A DNA stretch of 64,000 bases, from the NCBI GenBank assembly GCA_016715995.1, contig JADJXF010000013.1:69636-133635 (forward strand). Direction: 5' to 3'. Origin of the DNA: Flavobacteriales bacterium (GTDB lineage Bacteria > Bacteroidota > Bacteroidia > Flavobacteriales_F > PHOS-HE28). The notes under the pieces were generated by a model, which was not told where the DNA came from, made no database searches, and saw only the letters and a list, made by a program, of their open reading frames with translations. The position numbers and the translations under genes are program-made. Shown piece after piece: positions 54,860 to 64,000 of this stretch (within the stretch, counting starts at the first letter, position 1; each line of letters begins with the position of its first letter).

Positions 54860-56401
54860 ATGAAGGAGCATTTCGACGCGTTGGAGGCCCGGGTGGCCAA
54901 GGCGCTGGAAGGAGGCGGAGCGGACCGTGTGGGTGCCCAGCACAAGAAGGGCAAGCTCACCGCGCGTGAGCGCGTGGGGCTCTTGTTGGATGAGGGCAGC
55001 TTCCAGGAAATCGGGCAGCAGGTAACTCATCGCAGCACCAACTTCGGCCTGGACAAGCAGAAGTTCCTCGGCGATGGCGTTGTCACCGGCTACGGCAGCA
55101 TCGACGGCCGCCTCGTCTACGTCTTCTCGCAGGACTTCACCGTGCTGGGCGGATCGTTGGCCGAGGCTCATGCGCAGAAGATCTGCCGCATCATGGATCT
55201 CGCCATGCAGAACGGCGCACCGGTCATCGGCCTGAACGACAGCGGTGGGGCGCGGATCCAGGAAGGGGTCGTGAGCCTTGGCGGATACGCGGACATCTTC
55301 TTCAGGAACGTCCGCGCGAGCGGGGTGATCCCGCAGATCAGCGCCATTCTGGGCCCGTGCGCAGGAGGTGCGGTGTACAGCCCGGCCCTCACGGATTTCG
55401 TGCTCATGGCCGAGGGCACCAGCTACATGTTCGTCACTGGCCCGAACGTGGTGAAGACCGTGACGCACGAGGAGGTGAGCAGTGAGGACCTCGGCGGGGC
55501 CTCCACCCACGCCACCAAGAGCGGTGTGGCTCACTTCACGGCCGTGAATGAGATCGACGCCATCCGGCAATTGCGCCAGCTCGTGGGCTACCTCCCCAGC
55601 AACTGCGAGGAAGAGCCGCCGGCCCTGCTTTTCTCTCCCGGCGATGAACAGCGCCCGGAACTTGATTCGATCATCCCTGACAACCCGAACCAGCCGTACG
55701 ACATCCGGCAGGTGATGAATGCAGTGATCGATCCGGACAGCAGCATGGAGGTGCACGCAGAATACGCACGCAACATGGTGATCGGATTCGCTCGTGTGGC
55801 TGGCCGGACCGTGGGCTGCGTGGCCAACCAGCCAGCCGTCCTCGCGGGCGTGCTCGACATCGATGCATCAACCAAGGCTGCGCGCTTCGTGCGGTTCTGC
55901 GATGCGTTCAACATCCCGCTGCTGGTCTTCGTGGACGTGCCCGGGTTCCTGCCCGGCACCGATCAGGAGTGGCGCGGCATCATCAACCATGGGGCGAAGC
56001 TGCTCTACGCCTTCAGCGAGGCCACGGTGCCACGCATCACCGTCATCACGCGCAAGGCTTATGGCGGCGCTTACGATGTGATGAACAGCAAGCACATCGG
56101 GTGCGACATGAACTTCGCATGGCCCAGCGCCGAGATCGCCGTGATGGGGGCGAAAGGAGCGGCTGAGATCATCTTCAGGGGCGAGATCGCTAAAGCAGCT
56201 GACCCAGCAGCCAAGTTGCAGGAGAAGGAGGCGCAGTACAGGGAGCAGTTCGCCAACCCCTACGAAGCAGCGGCCCGCGGATACATCGACGAGGTCATCC
56301 GTCCGAGCCAAACCCGCGTGAAGGTGATGGCGGCGCTGGAGATGCTCCGCAACAAGGTGGACAAGCTGCCGCGCAAGAAGCACGGGAACATCCCGTTGTG
56401 A
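54860..56401 (+). CDS. Acyl-CoA carboxylase carboxyltransferase subunit (propionyl-CoA carboxylase beta / methylmalonyl-CoA carboxyltransferase family)
   Basis: The start is set at [12 protein letters not shown] within track ORF 54620..56401, giving 513 aa. The sequence is PccB-like over its full length ([20 protein letters not shown]...[28 protein letters not shown]...). Confidence 0.9.
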   Translation: MKEHFDALEARVAKALEGGGADRVGAQHKKGKLTARERVGLLLDEGSFQEIGQQVTHRSTNFGLDKQKFLGDGVVTGYGSIDGRLVYVFSQDFTVLGGSLAEAHAQKICRIMDLAMQNGAPVIGLNDSGGARIQEGVVSLGGYADIFFRNVRASGVIPQISAILGPCAGGAVYSPALTDFVLMAEGTSYMFVTGPNVVKTVTHEEVSSEDLGGASTHATKSGVAHFTAVNEIDAIRQLRQLVGYLPSNCEEEPPALLFSPGDEQRPELDSIIPDNPNQPYDIRQVMNAVIDPDSSMEVHAEYARNMVIGFARVAGRTVGCVANQPAVLAGVLDIDASTKAARFVRFCDAFNIPLLVFVDVPGFLPGTDQEWRGIINHGAKLLYAFSEATVPRITVITRKAYGGAYDVMNSKHIGCDMNFAWPSAEIAVMGAKGAAEIIFRGEIAKAADPAAKLQEKEAQYREQFANPYEAAARGYIDEVIRPSQTRVKVMAALEMLRNKVDKLPRKKHGNIPL

Positions 56402-56495
56402 GTTTGGTTCCAGGGTGGCGGCCCCCAAGCCGTGCCGGGTATCGGCGCAGCAAGGCGGCTTCGGTAACTTCGCTCCCTCCAAAACAACGAGAACC

Positions 56496-57125
56496 ATGCT
56501 CTTGAAGACCGCCTCCATCGCAACCGCCGGCCTCCTCACCCTATCGATGCACGAACTGCCCAACCTGAACATCGGCGATGCCATGCCAGCCACCGATGTG
56601 AAGATGCAGGATGTGAACGGCGAGATGCGTGCGCTGAAGGACCTTGTTGGTCGCAGTGGACTTCTAGTGGTCTTCTCCTGCAATACCTGTCCCTTCGTGG
56701 TGGGCAGCGAGGGCAGCGAGGGATGGGAAGGCCGCTACCCCGAGCTGATGGCTTACGGCGGGCGTTTCGGCGTTCCGGCCGTGCTGATTAATAGCAACGA
56801 GGCGAAGCGCGAACAGGGCGATGGCTTTGCGGATATGCAGGCACGCTACAAGGAGAAGGGCTATTCGGGCAGTTATCTCCTGGATGCGGACCATCAGGTG
56901 GCCGATGCCTTTGGAGCGCGCACAACCCCGCATGTGTTCCTCTTCGACAAGAGCATGAAGCTGGTTTATAAGGGCGCCATCGACGACAACGTCGCCAGCG
57001 CCGCCGAGGTGAAGGAGCGCTGGGCCTTCAATGCCATTGCGCACCTGGCGGACGGGAAGCCAATTGATCCGGCCAGCACGCGCAACATCGGGTGCAGCAT
57101 CAAGCGGATGCCGCACAAGCACTGA
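56496..57125 (+). CDS. Thioredoxin-fold redoxin (TlpA/AhpC-TSA-like)
   Basis: The start is set at MLLKTASIATAGLL, giving 209 aa. The CxxC motif reads FSCNTCPFV, and the thioredoxin-like topology follows a signal peptide. Confidence 0.65.
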   Translation: MLLKTASIATAGLLTLSMHELPNLNIGDAMPATDVKMQDVNGEMRALKDLVGRSGLLVVFSCNTCPFVVGSEGSEGWEGRYPELMAYGGRFGVPAVLINSNEAKREQGDGFADMQARYKEKGYSGSYLLDADHQVADAFGARTTPHVFLFDKSMKLVYKGAIDDNVASAAEVKERWAFNAIAHLADGKPIDPASTRNIGCSIKRMPHKH

Positions 57126-57238
57126 GTACGTCAGCGGTCGTTTGCGGCGCACTGCGATCGCGCGGCTCCACAGACGTTGATAACTAGACCTTCACGTTCG
57201 GCGTCGGTGAACCTTCCTTTGCACCAAAGGCAATCGTC

Positions 57239-58549
57239 ATGAATGTCCTGTTGATCGGTAGCGGCGGAAGAGAGCATGCGTTGGCATGGAAGATCGCGCA
57301 GAGCTCATTGCTGGATACGCTTTTCGTGGCACCGGGCAATCCGGGAACCATCCGGCACGGCCGCAATGCGGAGGTGGATCTGCGCGATGCCAAGGCGATG
57401 CGGAGATTCCTCTTGGAGAATCGCATCCGGATCGTGGTGGTGGGCCCCGAGTCCCCGTTGGTGGGGGGGGTCCATGATCGATTGGCCGCCGACCCGCAGC
57501 TGCAAGACGTGACCGTGATCGGCCCCAAGGCCGAGGGCGCACGGTTGGAGGGCAGCAAGGACTTCGCGAAGGAGTTCATGTTCCGCCACAACATCCCAAC
57601 CGCCGCGCACCGCACCTTCATCAAAGGACAGCTGCAGGAGGCGCTCGACCACCTCGACCGCATCAACGCGCCATATGTCATCAAGGCCGATGGGCTCGCC
57701 GCAGGCAAAGGAGTAATCATCACCAACGACAAGAAGGAGGCGGCAAAGGCGCTGCGGGAGATGCTCCAGCAGGGCCGGTTCGGTGAGGCAGGTGAGCGCG
57801 TGGTGATTGAGCAGCACCTGAAGGGAATCGAGCTCAGCGCTTTCCTAGTGACCGACGGTGAATCGTTCAAGATGCTGCCCGCCGCGAAGGATTACAAGCG
57901 CATCGGGCGCGGCGATACCGGTCCGAACACCGGTGGTATGGGCGCCGTTTCGCCGGCCCCGTTCGCCGACAAGGACTTCATGCAAAAGGTGCATGACCGG
58001 ATCGCGGCGCCAACGGTGCGCGGCTTGAAGAAGGATGGCATCGCCTACCAGGGCTTCCTGTTCATCGGCCTTATGAATGTGGACGGCGACCCGTATGTGA
58101 TCGAGTACAATGTTCGCTTGGGCGATCCGGAGACGCAGGCCATCCTGCCGCGCCTGAAGAGCGACCTGCTCGACCTCTTCGAGGGCATCGCCAGCGGCAC
58201 GCTCAGCGAGCGCCACGTGGACGTTGATGACCGCACGGCCGTGAGCATCGTGCTGGCAGCGGAGGGCTATCCCGAGGAATACGAAAAAGGGAAGACCATC
58301 CTGGGCGTTGACATGGTGCGCGATGCATATGTCTTCCAGGCCGGCACGCGCCTGAAGGGCGATAAGCTCGTCACCAACGGCGGCCGCGTCATGACGGTCA
58401 CCGGCATGGGCAAGGACCTGGAGAGCGCGATCGCCTCGGCTTATCGGGCCGCATCGGTCATCGCTTACGACGGGAAATACATGCGTGACGACATCGGCCA
58501 CGACCTGGTGAAGCAACCGGCGCAGCGGGCCGGAGCGGTCGCCCGCTGA
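57239..58549 (+). CDS. purD: Phosphoribosylamine--glycine ligase
   Basis: 436 aa starting MNVLLIGSGGREHALAWKIAQS. The PurD ATP-grasp motifs are present throughout. Confidence 0.95.
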   Translation: MNVLLIGSGGREHALAWKIAQSSLLDTLFVAPGNPGTIRHGRNAEVDLRDAKAMRRFLLENRIRIVVVGPESPLVGGVHDRLAADPQLQDVTVIGPKAEGARLEGSKDFAKEFMFRHNIPTAAHRTFIKGQLQEALDHLDRINAPYVIKADGLAAGKGVIITNDKKEAAKALREMLQQGRFGEAGERVVIEQHLKGIELSAFLVTDGESFKMLPAAKDYKRIGRGDTGPNTGGMGAVSPAPFADKDFMQKVHDRIAAPTVRGLKKDGIAYQGFLFIGLMNVDGDPYVIEYNVRLGDPETQAILPRLKSDLLDLFEGIASGTLSERHVDVDDRTAVSIVLAAEGYPEEYEKGKTILGVDMVRDAYVFQAGTRLKGDKLVTNGGRVMTVTGMGKDLESAIASAYRAASVIAYDGKYMRDDIGHDLVKQPAQRAGAVAR

Positions 58550-58729
58550 TCAGGCCAGGGTGTTCTCCGCCTTCGCACGGCGGTTGTACTTCCCTTGCAA
58601 CGCGAGCCAATAAATCAGACCGAAGAAGAGAACGATGGTCGTGAGTATCACCGGTAGCCATCCCAAGGCGGCGAGACCGGTGAAGGTCCACTCCAGTAAA
58701 TGGCCGATGGCGAAGGCTATCTTTTGCAT
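58550..58729 (-). CDS. Possible small two-helix membrane protein (59 aa), below the track cutoff
   Basis: The minus-strand translation from the ATG at 58729 is MQKIAFAIGHLLEWTFTGLAALGWLPVILTTIVLFFGLIYWLALQGKYNRRAKAENTLA. It fits exactly in the 210 bp gap between purD and the next gene. Confidence 0.3.
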   Translation of the reverse strand: MQKIAFAIGHLLEWTFTGLAALGWLPVILTTIVLFFGLIYWLALQGKYNRRAKAENTLA

Positions 58730-58760
58730 CGTGCGTAAGCTTGGGGCGGGGCGAAGATAG

Positions 58761-59750
58761 ATGCCCGCAATTCACCCCATGCTCGTCGGCCTTTTCCGCA
58801 GTAACCAGCCCGCCGTGCTGCTGGCGGTTCCGGTGCTGGCCGCTGCGCTCTTCCTGCCGGCATTCTGGCATGCCCCGTCGGTGGAAGGGGAAGGCATGCC
58901 GCTGGCGCAACTGGCCCAGCGCTTGATTGGTGTCGCGGCGTGGGCGAACGCGATCGCCGGCATAGTGCTCATCTCGATCATCGCGGCCCAGTTGGCGCTC
59001 CTCCTCAACGCCTTGGAGCTCATGGACCGCCGGAACCACTTGGTGGCCCTGTTGTTCCCGGTCGTTCTTGCTGGCTTAGGGGGACCCTGCTGTTACGACC
59101 CAGCCCTGTTGGGAATGCCATTCGTCCTGATGGCTGTCCGTCGGACGTGGTCGGTTGAGAACAACGGCCCGGCATTGAGGCTGCTGTTCGATGCTGGCCT
59201 GCTCACGGGGATCGCTGCGCTCTGCTACCTGCCCTATGCCTTGATGCTCATGGTCATCTGGGCATCGGTCTCGGTCATTCGGCCGTTCGCATGGCGCGAG
59301 TATGCGCTGCCGCTGTTGGCGATCGGCGTCGTTTTCTACCTGACCTGGGCAGTGCTGCATCTGCTGGGCGACACGCCGTGGCGGCCGCTGCTCACCATCA
59401 CGGTACCCGACTTGGATTCCGCCGTCCTCTGGATCGGGTGGCCCCGCAAGATGTTCCTGTCGATCCTGGTGCCGATGCTCCTGCTGGCGCTCGCGGCTTT
59501 CAACATCAGTTATGCGCGCTGCGTGATGCGCGGCAAGAACCTGCGGTCCTCCTTCATGGCCTTCGCCCTGGCGCTTTGCGTGATCTTGCTTTTGCTGCAA
59601 TGGCTCAAGGGTTCGTTCCCGGCAGTGCTGGCAGCGGCACCAGCGGCGGTCCTTTCAGGCTATGCGGTGCTCAACCCCCGCCGTGACTGGTTGGCAGAAT
59701 TGGCGGTGTTGGGATTGCTTTGCACTGCCATCGCTGTCCGATGGACCTGA
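58761..59750 (+). CDS. Polytopic integral membrane protein (hypothetical)
   Basis: 329 aa with about 9-10 hydrophobic helices. I do not recognise any catalytic motif. Confidence 0.5.
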   Translation: MPAIHPMLVGLFRSNQPAVLLAVPVLAAALFLPAFWHAPSVEGEGMPLAQLAQRLIGVAAWANAIAGIVLISIIAAQLALLLNALELMDRRNHLVALLFPVVLAGLGGPCCYDPALLGMPFVLMAVRRTWSVENNGPALRLLFDAGLLTGIAALCYLPYALMLMVIWASVSVIRPFAWREYALPLLAIGVVFYLTWAVLHLLGDTPWRPLLTITVPDLDSAVLWIGWPRKMFLSILVPMLLLALAAFNISYARCVMRGKNLRSSFMAFALALCVILLLLQWLKGSFPAVLAAAPAAVLSGYAVLNPRRDWLAELAVLGLLCTAIAVRWT

Positions 59751-59775
59751 GCGAGCACCAGCGCACGCGCCGACA

Positions 59776-62232
59776 ATGAATTCAGTGGACAAGGCACTTG
59801 GATCGGTATTCCGTCGTGGCAGATTGTGCCTGATGGCACTCATGCTCCTGCCCGAAAGTCTCTCTGCCCAGACCATCACCTTCGTCGATGCCATCACCCT
59901 GCAACCGTTGGATGGCGCTACCCTGACCAGCGACCCTCCAGGCGTGTCGGCTATTGTCGATGGCAAGGGACGGGCGCGGCTGGATGCCTTCAAGGGAAGG
60001 AAAGCGGTCCTGGTCTCGCATGTGGGCTACCGTGCCATTGTCCTCTCTCCGGATACGGTGGCCGGAGCCATTGTTCGAATGCAACGGCAGGTCATCGGCT
60101 TGGAGGAGTTCGTGGTCTCCGCCAGCCGCTTCGAGGAGAAACGGCGCGATGTGCCAGAGCAGGTGGACATCATCAAGCGACGCGAGATCTCGTTCCTTGA
60201 CCAGCAGACCACGCCGGATCTATTGCAGAACAGCGGCGCGCTCTTCGTTCAGCGCAGCCAGATGGGTGGCGGCAGCCCGGTGATTCGTGGGTTCGAGGCC
60301 AGCCGCGTACTGCTGGTGGTGGATGGCGTGCGCATGAACAACGCCATCTACCGTGGTGGCCATTTGCAGGACCTGATGACGGTCGATCAGAACGCGATTG
60401 AACGGATAGAAGTAGTGAGCGGCCCTGGTTCGGTGGTGTATGGCAGCGATGCGTTGGGTGGCGTGGTTCACCTGATGACCCGCGCACCGCGCTTCCGGGA
60501 CACCACGGGGGTGAGCGTGCACGGCGGCGCCTTCCTTCGCATGAGCACAGCCAACGAGGAGAAGACTGGCAGTGCGACGATTGAGATCGGTGGCCGACGC
60601 CTGGCAAGCCTCACCACGATCACCGCCAGTGATTTCGGCGATCTGCGCATGGGCGGCGAGCGCGATGCCCGCTATGGCTCCTGGGGCCTGAAGCCATTCA
60701 TCGTGCATACAACGAATGGGACCGACAGCGTGCTGCTCAACGCTGTTCCATTGGTGCAGTCGCCCACTGGCTACAAGCAGATGGATGTGCTGCAGAAACT
60801 GCGATTGCGCATCGGCAGGCACATGGTGCATCAGGTGAACACGCAGTTGAGCACGAGCTCGGACGTACCGCGCTACGACCGCCTCAGCGAGTACATGACG
60901 GATTCACTCGGTAGCTATGTTCCTGCACAGTCCGAGTGGTATTACGGTCCGCAGAAGCGCATGCTGCTCGCCTACACGCTGGAGCTCGATAGCATGACCG
61001 GCTTCTTCGATCGTGGGCGCATCACGCCGTCCTATCAGGCCATTGAGCAGAGCCGCCACTCGCGAAGCTTCGGCAGCAGCAGGCTGGGGCACCGCACCGA
61101 ACGAGTGAGGGTGCTGGGCTTCAACGTCGATCTGGAGAAGTCCTTGGGCAAACATGAGCTGCGCTACGGCCTCGAAGCCTATGCGAACACGGTTGCTTCC
61201 GATGCTTACCGCGAGCATATCCGCACAGGCGAGGTCACCTACCTGACGACGCGATACCCGAATGGCGGTTCCACGATGAACAGCTACGCTGCGTACATCT
61301 CGCACACCATTGAATTGAACGAGCAGGTGGTGCTGAGCGGCGGCCTTCGCTATTCATGGATCGGCCTCACCGCCGATTTCGCGGATGACCGCGGATACCA
61401 ATTCCTCAACGGCCGTTACACGCAAGCGAACGGCGCCCTGAATTGGCGTGCGGGCCTGGTCTACTCACCGGGCCACGACTGGCGCTTCACCGCTCTAGCC
61501 AGCACGGGATTCCGCGCGCCGAACGTGGACGACATGGCCAAGGTCTTCGACAGCACACCGGGCACCGTGGTGGTGCCGAATACGAACCTGGAGCCCGAGC
61601 ATACCACCAACTTCGAAGTAGGGGTGAGCAGAACAATGACCGACAAGCTCTTCGTGGAGTCGCACGGCTTCTACACGCTGTATACGAACGCGCTCACCAT
61701 GGGGGCATACACCTTCAACGGACAGGACAGCATCGTTTACGATGGGACGATGAGCCGCGTGACGGCGCTGACCAACAGCAAAGAGGCCTATCTCTACGGG
61801 GCGCAAGGGCAGCTCATCCTGGAGATCAGCAAGCGCATGAGTGTTCGCGGAGGCATCACCTACACGTTCGGCCGTGTGAGTACCGATAGCACCGATCGCC
61901 CGCTGGACCACATCCCACCCGTCTATGGCCGTGGCGGGGTGCAGTGGGGGGCGAAACGCGTGCAAGCTGAGGCCTATGTGCTTTTCAATGGCTGGAAGCG
62001 ATTGAAGGACACCGACACGCAGCCCGGCAGCGAGGACAACCTGCAGTATGCCACCATCGATGGCACACCATCCTGGTGGACCTTGAACCTACGGGGGTCT
62101 TATGCCATCAATCGAAGCCTCACGGTGCAGGCTGGCCTGGAGAACATGCTCGATACGCACTATCGAACGTTCGCCAGCGGCGTCAGCGCGCCGGGCCGGA
62201 ACCTGCAGCTGAGCCTTCGTGTGCAGTGGTAG
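59776..62232 (+). CDS. TonB-dependent outer-membrane receptor with an N-terminal carboxypeptidase-regulatory-like domain
   Basis: The start is set at MNSVDKALG within track ORF 59662..62232, giving 818 aa. The signal peptide is followed by a CarbopepD_reg-like domain (ITFVDAITLQPLDGATL). The plug domain reads SGALFVQRSQMGGGSPVIRGFEASRVLLVVDGVRMNN. C-terminal beta-barrel strands follow. Confidence 0.85.
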   Translation: MNSVDKALGSVFRRGRLCLMALMLLPESLSAQTITFVDAITLQPLDGATLTSDPPGVSAIVDGKGRARLDAFKGRKAVLVSHVGYRAIVLSPDTVAGAIVRMQRQVIGLEEFVVSASRFEEKRRDVPEQVDIIKRREISFLDQQTTPDLLQNSGALFVQRSQMGGGSPVIRGFEASRVLLVVDGVRMNNAIYRGGHLQDLMTVDQNAIERIEVVSGPGSVVYGSDALGGVVHLMTRAPRFRDTTGVSVHGGAFLRMSTANEEKTGSATIEIGGRRLASLTTITASDFGDLRMGGERDARYGSWGLKPFIVHTTNGTDSVLLNAVPLVQSPTGYKQMDVLQKLRLRIGRHMVHQVNTQLSTSSDVPRYDRLSEYMTDSLGSYVPAQSEWYYGPQKRMLLAYTLELDSMTGFFDRGRITPSYQAIEQSRHSRSFGSSRLGHRTERVRVLGFNVDLEKSLGKHELRYGLEAYANTVASDAYREHIRTGEVTYLTTRYPNGGSTMNSYAAYISHTIELNEQVVLSGGLRYSWIGLTADFADDRGYQFLNGRYTQANGALNWRAGLVYSPGHDWRFTALASTGFRAPNVDDMAKVFDSTPGTVVVPNTNLEPEHTTNFEVGVSRTMTDKLFVESHGFYTLYTNALTMGAYTFNGQDSIVYDGTMSRVTALTNSKEAYLYGAQGQLILEISKRMSVRGGITYTFGRVSTDSTDRPLDHIPPVYGRGGVQWGAKRVQAEAYVLFNGWKRLKDTDTQPGSEDNLQYATIDGTPSWWTLNLRGSYAINRSLTVQAGLENMLDTHYRTFASGVSAPGRNLQLSLRVQW

Positions 62233-62253
62233 CCTCCGGTTACCTTCGCGGCC

Positions 62254-62943
62254 ATGAGATTCGGTGTCGTCACCTTCCCCGGCAGCAATTGCGATGAGGA
62301 CATGATCAATGCGCTGTCGACCCTCGTGGGCCAGCCCGTGGAGCGGCTCTGGCACAAGGAGCACGACCTCAAGGGCGTGGACATGGTGGTGCTCCCCGGC
62401 GGGTTCAGTTACGGCGACTACCTGCGTAGCGGCGCCATCGCGCGCTTCTCGCCCATCATGCAGGAGGTGGCCGCCCACGCGAAGAAGGGTGGCTTCGTTC
62501 TCGGCGTGTGCAACGGATTCCAGGTCCTGTGCGAAGCCGGACTGGTGCCGGGAGCGCTGCTGCACAATGCCGGGCAGAAGTTCATCTCCAAGAACGTCTT
62601 CATTCGACGCGGCACAGCCAATACCGCACTGACCAACGCGGTGCCGGATAAGGCGTTGAAGATTCCCATCGCGCACGGTGAAGGCCGCTACCATGCCGAT
62701 GCCGACACGCTGAAGGCGCTGAAGGACAACGATCGCGTGCTCTTCCGCTACTGCGATCCTTCGGGAAAGGTGAGCGAGGACGCCAATCCGAACGGCAGCA
62801 AGGACAACATCGCAGGGGTGTGCAACAAGGGCCGTAATGTCTTCGGCATGATGCCGCATCCAGAACGCGCGTGCGACTCCCGGCTGGGCAACACCGATGG
62901 TCGTTCGCTCTTCGAGTCGTTGCTAAAGGGCGTCCTCGCCTAG
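62254..62943 (+). CDS. purQ: Phosphoribosylformylglycinamidine synthase subunit PurQ (glutaminase)
   Basis: 229 aa starting [17 protein letters not shown]. The catalytic Cys is in GVCNGFQVL, and the His/Glu triad region is GMMPHPER. Confidence 0.9.
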   Translation: MRFGVVTFPGSNCDEDMINALSTLVGQPVERLWHKEHDLKGVDMVVLPGGFSYGDYLRSGAIARFSPIMQEVAAHAKKGGFVLGVCNGFQVLCEAGLVPGALLHNAGQKFISKNVFIRRGTANTALTNAVPDKALKIPIAHGEGRYHADADTLKALKDNDRVLFRYCDPSGKVSEDANPNGSKDNIAGVCNKGRNVFGMMPHPERACDSRLGNTDGRSLFESLLKGVLA

Positions 62944-62957
62944 GCATAAATCGCGAA

Positions 62958-64000
62958 TCAGGGTACCATCACGCGGAAGCGCGCGCTCAGCTTCTTCATC
63001 TTGGAAAGATCTGGGCGCATGCTTGACTCGGATGATGCAGAGCCGCTCCATCCAGTGAACTCAACACCGTGTGCGGGCCTTGCTTCTACGCTCACCGGTA
63101 CACCGCTGAAGCAGCGCACCTCGTGCTTCCCTGGTCGAAGCAGCAATCCTTCAACGAGAAGCTGGCCCAATTCAACGGGCGGCGCTTCGATCCGCACGAC
63201 GTGGATTTTCCTGCCTGTACGCCGAGCCAGATGCGCGAACAGATGCTGCGGGCGCAGGGTTGCGAACGCCTTCACCTCGCTTAGTGACGCCTCTGGATGC
63301 GGGCTTTCCAATTGAAGCTCCCAACGCTTGTGGTCAGCGATGAGATCATCTGAATGAGCGCGATACAGGCTGTCAGCGAGTTCAGGAATCAGCGGGAACG
63401 CTGCCGCTTGAAGCGCGGTCATGCGCGCGAGCAGCAGCTCTTGCAGTCGCGGATGTTGCATGAGCGGCGGTACGAAAGGCGTCTCGGGCAGTGTCGCCGA
63501 GCACATGCGTTCGACGCTGTTCTCCCCTGGCGTGCTCCAAAGGTCCATGTCGAAGAGCACCCAGCGCCAGCGACCTCCGGGTTGGCGCGGCCGGAAGCAG
63601 CGCACATTCAAATCGTGGTCTGCGCGGCCCGTCCATAGATCGATGCAGGCAAGGTCGATGAGGCTGCCCACATCGATTGCGGCAGCGATGCTGTCGAACG
63701 GCGCGCCATTGAGCAAGAGTCTTTGGGCATGCAGGAAATGCGTGTCCTTGCCTGACCGTTCGCTCATCGCGGGACCCTCGAGCACATCGAGCGACTCTGC
63801 TCCGCAGCGCTGCTTCAACCACTCCGCATCCTTCGCGGGCATCCAGCGGTAGAGCCCCCAATAGGCGCCATTCAAATAGAGCGGTTCTGCAACGGAGGGC
63901 TGCACCTCCACCTGCAATCCGAAACGCTCGACGAGCTGCTCGATGACCGTATTGCGCAGGAAGGCGTGCGGGCCGGCGTCAGCGCGCAGGATGCCTTCAT
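62958..64000 (-). CDS. CotH-family (spore-coat-protein-H-like atypical kinase) protein; 3' part only, gene start lies beyond the window
   Basis: The frame is open to the window edge. The upstream translation continues ...EGILRADAGPHAFLRNTVIEQLVERFGLQVEVQPSVAEPLYLNGAYWGLY, which contains the CotH signature L-[YF]-x-N-G-x-Y-W-G-L-Y. Confidence 0.65.
   Translation of the reverse strand, partial: EGILRADAGPHAFLRNTVIEQLVERFGLQVEVQPSVAEPLYLNGAYWGLYRWMPAKDAEWLKQRCGAESLDVLEGPAMSERSGKDTHFLHAQRLLLNGAPFDSIAAAIDVGSLIDLACIDLWTGRADHDLNVRCFRPRQPGGRWRWVLFDMDLWSTPGENSVERMCSATLPETPFVPPLMQHPRLQELLLARMTALQAAAFPLIPELADSLYRAHSDDLIADHKRWELQLESPHPEASLSEVKAFATLRPQHLFAHLARRTGRKIHVVRIEAPPVELGQLLVEGLLLRPGKHEVRCFSGVPVSVEARPAHGVEFTGWSGSASSESSMRPDLSKMKKLSARFRVMVP

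Noticed and set aside
1-64000. Search for rRNA, tRNA, tmRNA or obvious riboswitch sequences
   Set aside because: No stretch showed tRNA cloverleaf hallmarks (conserved GTTC-type T-loop in a 70-90 nt non-coding gap) or rRNA-like conserved blocks. Intergenic gaps are short except 35452..35901, which I could not assign to any RNA family by eye.

Overview
This is a GC-rich chromosomal segment, almost certainly from a Bacteroidota genome. Several proteins carry type IX secretion system (T9SS) C-terminal sorting domains of both the type-B 'gliding motility-associated CTD' and the type-A 'Por tail' kind, and there are SBBP beta-propeller repeats, a DUF4421-like outer-membrane protein and a TonB-dependent receptor. 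Housekeeping genes are recognisable: metF, lepA, gpsA, lpxD, uvrC, yebC, purD, purQ and an acyl-CoA carboxyltransferase beta subunit. Between them are accessory blocks: (i) an ECF sigma factor with a membrane-anchored partner that ends in a T9SS type-B CTD, flanked by two more type-B CTD cargo genes; (ii) a co-directional cluster of an N-terminally extended Orn/Lys/Arg-family PLP decarboxylase, an ATP-grasp ligase with a poly-basic N-terminal tail, a C45 Ntn-hydrolase/acyltransferase and an aldehyde dehydrogenase, which is the best candidate for an undescribed amine-modification pathway; (iii) a visibly AT-richer stress island at about 35.4-40.5 kb in which two ~140 bp direct repeats bracket a T9SS type-A SBBP cargo gene and are themselves flanked by inverted genes for hydrophilic disordered proteins; (iv) a single-domain KaiC-like ATPase translationally adjacent to a PAS hybrid histidine kinase; (v) a very large secreted protein combining a YVTN beta-propeller, two CXXCH haem motifs and dockerin-like repeats. 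I found no rRNA, tRNA or CRISPR array. Many long ORFs in the six-frame track are antisense artefacts of the high GC content, and I rejected them. CDS coordinates were derived by codon-counting from the ORF-track frames. Positions of non-coding features were counted from the sequence lines and may be off by 1-2 nt.
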